This document shows positions 39,024-44,309 of a DNA stretch of 44,309 bases, piece by piece. Position 1 is the stretch's first letter, and every line of letters starts with the position of its first letter. The notes beneath the pieces were generated by a model. It had not been told where the DNA came from, made no database searches, and worked only from the letters and a program-made list of their open reading frames with translations. The stretch is from Myxococcaceae bacterium (lineage in GTDB: Bacteria > Myxococcota > Myxococcia > Myxococcales > Myxococcaceae). Position numbers and translations under genes: made by a program. The DNA is taken from NCBI GenBank assembly GCA_049589315.1, contig JBAWAM010000661.1, positions 1-44,309 on the forward strand, in the 5' to 3' direction.

Positions 39024-39138
39024 GTGCCCCCCGCGGATCACACGAACGTGCGAACCCGTCGGGGGAGGAAGCAACCCGGTTACTTGTCGGGTCAGTGGAT
39101 TCGAAGTGCGACGCTTCGGCCCGTGACGTCGGGGCCGT

Positions 39139-40029
39139 TCAGACGATGACCTCGATCCCGGGCCGGCCTTCGGTCACCTCGCCAATCGCCACCGCACCGA
39201 CGCCGGCCTCCGCCAGGGCATCCAGCGCGCGTGGCGCGGTCCTTCCGGGCACGGCGGCGAGGAGTCCACCATGGGTCTGCACGTCCGCCAGCACCCACTT
39301 GATGGGCTCGGGGAAGTCCTTCGGGAAACGGACCTTCTTCATCATCCGCTGGAGATTGTCCTTCGTGCCGCCGGGCACGACCCCGTCAGCAGAGAGCGCG
39401 GGAACGCCCTCGATCACCGGGACGAACGGGAGGAACAGGTGCGCCCGCGTCTTCGCGCCCTTCATCATCCCCCACAGGTGCCCGAGCAGTCCGTCACCGG
39501 CCACTCCCGTGAGCGCGTGCGTCTTCAGCTTCGGATCTGCAAGGACCTCGCCGGCCGCCTTGTTGAGGGCCGACATCACATCGATCGCCCGCCGGGCGAG
39601 CGCGCGCGACGCGACGCCGCGCTCGATCGCCGTGGTGGCGATGCCCGACCCGAGCGGTTTGGTGAGGATGAGCACGTCGCCCGGCCTGGCGCCCGCGGGG
39701 GTCAACACGCGCCGGGGATCGACCACGCCGGTGACGGCCATGCCGTACTTCGGCTCGTCGCCCTGGATGTGGCGTTCGCCGACGATTGGGATGCCCGCTT
39801 CGTCCGCCTTCTTCTGCCCGCCCGCGAGAATCTTCGAGCGCATCGAGGTGGGCAGGTTCCCCGGAAAGGCCACCAGGTTCAGCGCGAAGAGCGGCTTCGC
39901 CCCCATGGCCCAGAGGTCGGACATGGCATGGGCCGCGGCGATCTCGCCGAACTTCATCGGGTCGTGGACGATGGGAGGGAAGAAGGCCACCGTCTGGACG
40001 ATGGCCTGTCTGTCGTTCAGTCGATACAC
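39139..40029 (-). CDS. SelD-like (AIR-synthase fold) protein, N-terminally truncated and with degenerate catalytic motifs (possible pseudogene or pseudoenzyme)
   Basis: It aligns by eye to selenophosphate synthetase from the DDAAVY block onward. The GxGC/UGxK loop is absent. TTDFF is TVAFF, GGHS is GERH and TDVTGFG is LTGVAGDG. The start is GTG at 40029, 14 nt after the upstream gene stop. Confidence 0.65.
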   Translation of the reverse strand: MYRLNDRQAIVQTVAFFPPIVHDPMKFGEIAAAHAMSDLWAMGAKPLFALNLVAFPGNLPTSMRSKILAGGQKKADEAGIPIVGERHIQGDEPKYGMAVTGVVDPRRVLTPAGARPGDVLILTKPLGSGIATTAIERGVASRALARRAIDVMSALNKAAGEVLADPKLKTHALTGVAGDGLLGHLWGMMKGAKTRAHLFLPFVPVIEGVPALSADGVVPGGTKDNLQRMMKKVRFPKDFPEPIKWVLADVQTHGGLLAAVPGRTAPRALDALAEAGVGAVAIGEVTEGRPGIEVIV

Positions 40030-40043
40030 GGCGGCGGCTCCTA

Positions 40044-40982
40044 TCAGCCCGCGCGCACGTAGTCCTTCTTCATCAGCTGGATCAGCACCTCGGCCGTGGC
40101 GACGTCGTCCTTTTCCGAGTGATCCAGCACGGCGTTGAGCGATCCGTAGTTGTGCACGAGCTGCAGCACGTCGAGCTGCACGGGCGTCAAATCCCGAAGC
40201 GCCGCGGTCATCGGCATGGCCAGCATCAGGGTGGCCGTCGTCGACGGGAGATCCCTGGACAGCCGCTTCATCTCGTCGAGAAGGCGCAGCCCGTCCATCA
40301 GGAGCGCCTCGGTCGAGGTGTCCAGCTCGACCATGAACTCCTGCGGGTCCTCCGGCGACAGCTCGAACTCGCCGAGCTCCCAGGTGATGATCCGGTTGAA
40401 GCTCTTCTGCGGCCCGAGTTCGTGGTTGTCGTTGATCACCGCGTAATAGACGCGGCCCTGGCGCAGGTAGATGCGGCCATCCTGCTGGCCCCGGATCACC
40501 AGCACGCCGTTCTTCTTCGACGTGTGGAAGAGCTGCAGCAGGTCGGGGAGCGGGATCTCCTCGATCTTGCCGGTCATCGAGGAGCCCCTGCGCGCGTGGA
40601 CCGCGGCGGCCTCCTCCAGCTTCTGCTTCACCTGACGCTCGTCGAGCTCCGCGCTGGCGCCCTGCTGGATCAGCTTCAGGATCGAGGTGCCGATCAGGAT
40701 GCGGTCGCCTTCTTTCAGGCGCGCCTGCTTGATCTTCTCTCCATTGACGAACGTGCCGTTGGTCGACCCGAGGTCCTCGATCAGGATCCGCCCGTCGCCG
40801 ACGGTGATCTTCGCGTGCTTGCGCGAGACCATGTCTTCGACGAGCACCATGTCGAGCTCGCTGGAACGGCCGATCACGACCTGCTTGTCCACCTTCAAGG
40901 GGAACTCGCCGCCCTGATACTTACCGGAGATGAATTTGAGGGCGAAGGTGTTGCCGCCGCCCATGCTGCTGGGAGGACTCAC
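40044..40982 (-). CDS. FHA domain plus DUF4388 (PATAN-like) domain protein
   Basis: The FHA signature is GRSSELDMVLVEDMVSRKHAKI...DLGSTNGTFVNG. The DUF4388 signature is G.IEEIPLPDLLQLFHTSKKNGVLVI....DGRIYLRQGRVYYA. Confidence 0.85.
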   Translation of the reverse strand: MSPPSSMGGGNTFALKFISGKYQGGEFPLKVDKQVVIGRSSELDMVLVEDMVSRKHAKITVGDGRILIEDLGSTNGTFVNGEKIKQARLKEGDRILIGTSILKLIQQGASAELDERQVKQKLEEAAAVHARRGSSMTGKIEEIPLPDLLQLFHTSKKNGVLVIRGQQDGRIYLRQGRVYYAVINDNHELGPQKSFNRIITWELGEFELSPEDPQEFMVELDTSTEALLMDGLRLLDEMKRLSRDLPSTTATLMLAMPMTAALRDLTPVQLDVLQLVHNYGSLNAVLDHSEKDDVATAEVLIQLMKKDYVRAG

Positions 40983-41019
40983 GGGTGATCCTCATTGAGT
41001 GAACCGTAAGGGTTATACA

Positions 41020-41748
41020 TCAGCCGGCCTGCCCGGTCCGAAAACTGTCCTTCTGGCGGGCGAGATTCAGGTACATCTCCGCACCTTTGTGCCCCGGGCT
41101 CGCGGCCAGCACGTGCTCCCAGGCCTTCACCGCCTCTTCGACGCGCCCTGCGGAGTACAGCGCGACGCCGTAGTGGACCCGACCCGGCAGGAAGTTGGGG
41201 TTCTGCTCGATGATCTGCTCGAACTCGCGGATCGCGGCGTCGTGGTCGCCCAGGTCGCGGCAGGCATTTCCCAGCTTCAGGCGGATGTCCACGAACTGGG
41301 GGCACAGCTCCAGCGCACGGCGGTATTCGACCACCGCCTCCTTCAACCTGCCGCTGGAGGACCAGGCGTCGCCAAGATCCGCGTACATGTTGGCGATCTT
41401 CCCCAATACGTACGGGTCCATGCTCTCCGGTGAGGCGCGCTGGCGGGACAGGGCCGCCTGGTAGACCTCCCTGGCCTCCCGGTACTTGCCCATGTCGTTG
41501 TAGATGATCGCGAGGTTGAGCGCGGCCTCGGTGTACGCCGGATTCAGCCGGAGCGCCGCCTCGAAGGCGCGCTGGGCCCGGGCGAACTGCCCCTGGTCGT
41601 GGTAGACGACCCCCAGCATGTTGTAGACGTCGGCGAACGACTGGTTCCGCTCCACGACCTGCGTCAGATACTTCTCCGCCTGCGCGTACTGTTTCTTCTC
41701 GAAGTACCCGCGGCCCAGCGTCAGAAGCTGTTTCAGCGCCTCGTCCAT
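41020..41748 (-). CDS. Tetratricopeptide repeat protein
   Basis: 242 aa with about six consecutive 34-residue TPR units (Y..A...F..AL.L.P.....). Confidence 0.85.
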   Translation of the reverse strand: MDEALKQLLTLGRGYFEKKQYAQAEKYLTQVVERNQSFADVYNMLGVVYHDQGQFARAQRAFEAALRLNPAYTEAALNLAIIYNDMGKYREAREVYQAALSRQRASPESMDPYVLGKIANMYADLGDAWSSSGRLKEAVVEYRRALELCPQFVDIRLKLGNACRDLGDHDAAIREFEQIIEQNPNFLPGRVHYGVALYSAGRVEEAVKAWEHVLAASPGHKGAEMYLNLARQKDSFRTGQAG

Positions 41749-41760
41749 GGAAGGTGGATC

Positions 41761-42462
41761 CTACATGACCCCGGCGTCGAACAAGAATCCAGTCTCATTT
41801 CGCTGAAGGCTCAGCCGCCGGGTTCCCTTCTGATCGACGGGGCGCTCGGGGGTGTCACCTTCGAGCCGCCAGTCTTCTCCCACCAGCACCTCGCCGCGCT
41901 CCGAACGCACGTACCAGGCGGAGACGCGATATCGGCGGTTACGCAGCCCCAGCAGGCGCGCCAGCCCGGAGTCCTTCCTGAGCGCGTCGGGCGTCCGACC
42001 GGAGAGCTTCGCCAGCGCGTCGACGTCACCCGCCTCCAACGCCCGCCGCCGCGCTTCGAGCACGGAGATGATCTCCGACAGGCGCGGCGCCAGCCCGCCC
42101 TGCGCCTGCCATTCGCCCTCCGTCCACTCGAAGCGGAGCGTCTCCAGGCCGAGCGAGCTCACGGTCGTGTCGCCGAACCGCCCCTCGAAATCGAGCGTGG
42201 TCACGACCTGGGCCGACCGCGTCTCCGGATCGGCCTCGACGACGAGCCGCTCGAAGTGGTGGCGGGTCGAGCGGAGCGGTTCTGAGGCCCCGGCCAGCGG
42301 GAGGGACAACTCCGTCGACTCGGTCTTCTTGACCAGGGTGATGATCTCGGACTCGGCCCCGGCCGCCAGCCCGAGCACACGCGTCCCGAACATGACGACC
42401 CCGATCCCGACCGCGGCGGTCACTGTGAAGAACAGGAGGGCCTTTCGCGCCTCGTCGGTCAC
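41761..42462 (-). CDS. Hypothetical membrane-anchored protein
   Basis: The GTG at 42462 overlaps the bamD stop (GTGA). One N-terminal TM helix (LLFFTVTAAVGIGVVMFG) is followed by a soluble part. No recognised motif. Confidence 0.6.
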   Translation of the reverse strand: MTDEARKALLFFTVTAAVGIGVVMFGTRVLGLAAGAESEIITLVKKTESTELSLPLAGASEPLRSTRHHFERLVVEADPETRSAQVVTTLDFEGRFGDTTVSSLGLETLRFEWTEGEWQAQGGLAPRLSEIISVLEARRRALEAGDVDALAKLSGRTPDALRKDSGLARLLGLRNRRYRVSAWYVRSERGEVLVGEDWRLEGDTPERPVDQKGTRRLSLQRNETGFLFDAGVM

Positions 42463-43253
42463 TTCCCGCCCAGAAGGCGCTTCGCCCTCTCCGCCGCGGG
42501 CGTGCCGGGAAGCTTCGAGACGATGTCCTCGAGCGTCTTCTTCGCCTTCTCCGGCTCGTTCAGGCGCAGCCAGGCGTCGTGCAGCCCGAACCACGCCTGC
42601 TCGTCGTAGCCGAGGCCGGCGTACTGCGTGACCACCGTCTCGAGGCGGGCGACCACGGCCTTCCAACGCTCACGGGTGGCATAGAAGTCGGCCACGTACA
42701 TCTCATGCGCCGCGATGCGGCGCCGCGTGTCGTTCACGAGCTCCTGGGCCTTCGGGGCGAGCTCCGACTTCGGGTAGGTGCGCAGGAAGTCGGTCATCGC
42801 GCGCAGCGCGGCCTTCACCTCGGTCTGGTCCTTCTCCGCCGATGACGGGAGCATGATGAAGTCCGAGGGGATCTCCTTGTAGTGCGTCAGCGCGGCCTGG
42901 AAGGCGGCGTAGTCGATCTTCGGCCACGTCGGGTGGAGCTTGACGAAGGTCTGATACGCGTCGCGCGCCTCGATGTACTGCTCGCGCGCAAAGTGCGTGT
43001 CGGCCAGGCGGAGCTCTGCCTCCCGCGCGGCGTCGAGGAACGGGTACTTCGCGCGGACGTACTGGAAGTACTTCTCCGCCTCCAGGTAGTTCCTGCTCTC
43101 GAACGCTTCGTTGCCGCGAGCGACGTTCGTCTCGGCGTCACTGGCGTAGCTGGGCTGGCCCGAATCGCTCAGCGTGCTCAGCGTGGCGCAGCCGGAGATG
43201 CCGGCTGCAAGGATCAGGGCAGTCAGCGCCCGCGGTGTGGAAAAGGCCTTCAT
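42459..43253 (-). CDS. bamD: Outer membrane protein assembly factor BamD (YfiO-like TPR lipoprotein)
   Basis: The ATG at 43253 gives MKAFSTPRALTALILAAGISG|C. The pattern Y..G...........A...F..v...YP.s..a..A.l.la..y, the downstream TPR-like repeats and the ~264-aa size all fit BamD. Confidence 0.82.
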   Translation of the reverse strand: MKAFSTPRALTALILAAGISGCATLSTLSDSGQPSYASDAETNVARGNEAFESRNYLEAEKYFQYVRAKYPFLDAAREAELRLADTHFAREQYIEARDAYQTFVKLHPTWPKIDYAAFQAALTHYKEIPSDFIMLPSSAEKDQTEVKAALRAMTDFLRTYPKSELAPKAQELVNDTRRRIAAHEMYVADFYATRERWKAVVARLETVVTQYAGLGYDEQAWFGLHDAWLRLNEPEKAKKTLEDIVSKLPGTPAAERAKRLLGGK

Positions 43254-43366
43254 CACGCGGGCCAAGCTATTCGGCTGGGCGCTCCGGATCCAGCGGACAA
43301 TCACCCACCCGTCGATGAACGAGCCCCGGGCTGAAGAGCAGCCTGCCGTGTGCTAAGCGCCGCGAC

Positions 43367-44149
43367 ATGCACCCCGTTCTCGTTCGCTATCTCGATCCCG
43401 GCACCACGGTGGAGCTCCTCAAGAGGAGCGAGTCCGGAGAGAGCCTCGGTGAGGAGCACCGCTTCCTGGTGGAGGCTGCCCGGTCGCATGCCCCCGAAAA
43501 GAAGGCCGCGCTGGCATCGGCCGGTCGCCACCCCACCAGCGAGGCCCAGCAGGCGGTCCTCTTCCTCGCCGTGCACGCGGCGCTGCGCGCCCTCCGCGAA
43601 GACGCGACGGTGAAGCCCCGGATGGACGAGGCGGAGCACCAGCTTCGGGCGCTCGGAGCCGAACAGGAGGACGTGGACTCCATGTTCGCGCAGCTCGTCG
43701 CCGACGAAGCGTTCGGAGGCGAAGAGGACGTCGACGCCTTCGACCACGAGCTGTTCCTCGAGGGGCTCGCGGAACTGCCGAAGCTGGCCGCGCTCGGCGA
43801 GCAGGACGTGTCGGCACTGCTCTCCCGTTTCGGCGCCAGCGGCGCGTCCGGCGAGCATCTCCTCCGCGAATCAGCGGCGCGGATGCTGCTGGAGCTTGCG
43901 TGGGCGGACGGTGTCTCGCCGATCAACGTGGAGACGGTCGAAGAGGCGCTGGAGGCGGTCTACCAGGACCTGGGCGAGGAGCGGCTCGACGAGGCGGCGA
44001 AGGTGTTGATCGAGTTCGTGGCGCTACTTCAGAAGGAGGGCCTCGCCGGTCCCCTCCGGGGTGAGCGGCTCAAGCGCGCGCTGGTGCTGGCGGCGACGGG
44101 CGGTGGCGAAGAGGAGGAGGAAGAGGGGGACGAAGAAGAGCGCGTCTGA
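43367..44149 (+). CDS. Hypothetical acidic protein
   Basis: 260-aa ORF with high GC3, a strongly acidic composition and a poly-Glu C-terminus. It is divergent from bamD. No recognised motif. Confidence 0.5.
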   Translation: MHPVLVRYLDPGTTVELLKRSESGESLGEEHRFLVEAARSHAPEKKAALASAGRHPTSEAQQAVLFLAVHAALRALREDATVKPRMDEAEHQLRALGAEQEDVDSMFAQLVADEAFGGEEDVDAFDHELFLEGLAELPKLAALGEQDVSALLSRFGASGASGEHLLRESAARMLLELAWADGVSPINVETVEEALEAVYQDLGEERLDEAAKVLIEFVALLQKEGLAGPLRGERLKRALVLAATGGGEEEEEEGDEEERV

Positions 44150-44227
44150 CCGGAGTGGCGGACCGAAGCGCGTTCGCGACGGCCCCGCCGCGCGCGGGCA
44201 GCCCGCGATCAGCTCGCGAGCGCGACG

Positions 44228-44309
44228 ATCAGAAGCGCTCGATCTGGAAGTCGTCGTCTCCGTTTGTCGACGTGGCCGGGGCGGCCGCCGGACGCGCGGG
44301 AGGCTGCAC
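44228..44309 (-). CDS. 3' end of an unidentified gene (5' part outside the window)
   Basis: The minus-strand frame is open from the window edge to TGA at 44228-44230. The tail is ...PATSTNGDDDFQIERF*. Too short to classify. Confidence 0.3.

Noticed and set aside
40030-40200. Possible Sec (TGA)-recoded or upstream-extended N-terminus for the SelD-like ORF
   Set aside because: I read the upstream frame codon by codon. It has no in-frame TGA and no GxGC/UGxK loop, only Ala/Arg-rich antisense-type sequence. The region is occupied in another frame by the well-supported FHA/DUF4388 gene.

Overview
This is a high-GC chromosomal segment, roughly mid to high 60s % G+C. It looks like a Myxococcota (Myxococcus/Cystobacterineae-type) core genome; the Lon N-terminus closely resembles M. 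xanthus LonV as I remember it. Most of it is dense housekeeping. The minus strand carries two tRNA clusters (Pro-Arg and His-Arg-Lys-Leu), then tig-clpP-clpX, a small lipoprotein, a prolyl oligopeptidase and lon. Also present are rph-rdgB, an AmiC-type amidase, yqgE-bolA-grxD, rsmE, an M24 aminopeptidase, an aldehyde dehydrogenase, a PlsC acyltransferase, an SRAP protein and a peptide-type ABC importer (binding protein plus two permeases). There is a periplasmic binding protein plus histidine kinase pair, a single-domain response regulator, a CE2-like esterase and a bamD-led operon ending in an FHA/DUF4388 protein. I found no CRISPR array, IS element, integrase, reverse transcriptase or recognisable defence system. 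Four things are worth a second look. (1) Three well-spaced sigma54-type promoters (TGG-N8-TTGCT) sit in front of two lipoprotein genes and a decayed gene; one drives a low-GC, terminator-insulated lipoprotein cassette between clpX and lon. (2) Four gene relics are present: an mrpE-mrpF-half mrpA/D remnant, an internally deleted beta-CASP MBL gene, an antitoxin with only a 33-codon toxin stub, and an N-terminally truncated SelD-like ORF with degenerate motifs. (3) A 117-aa Cys-rich orphan ORF. (4) An outer-membrane-like ORF embedded in the tRNA cluster. All family calls come from motif recognition by eye; no database search was possible.
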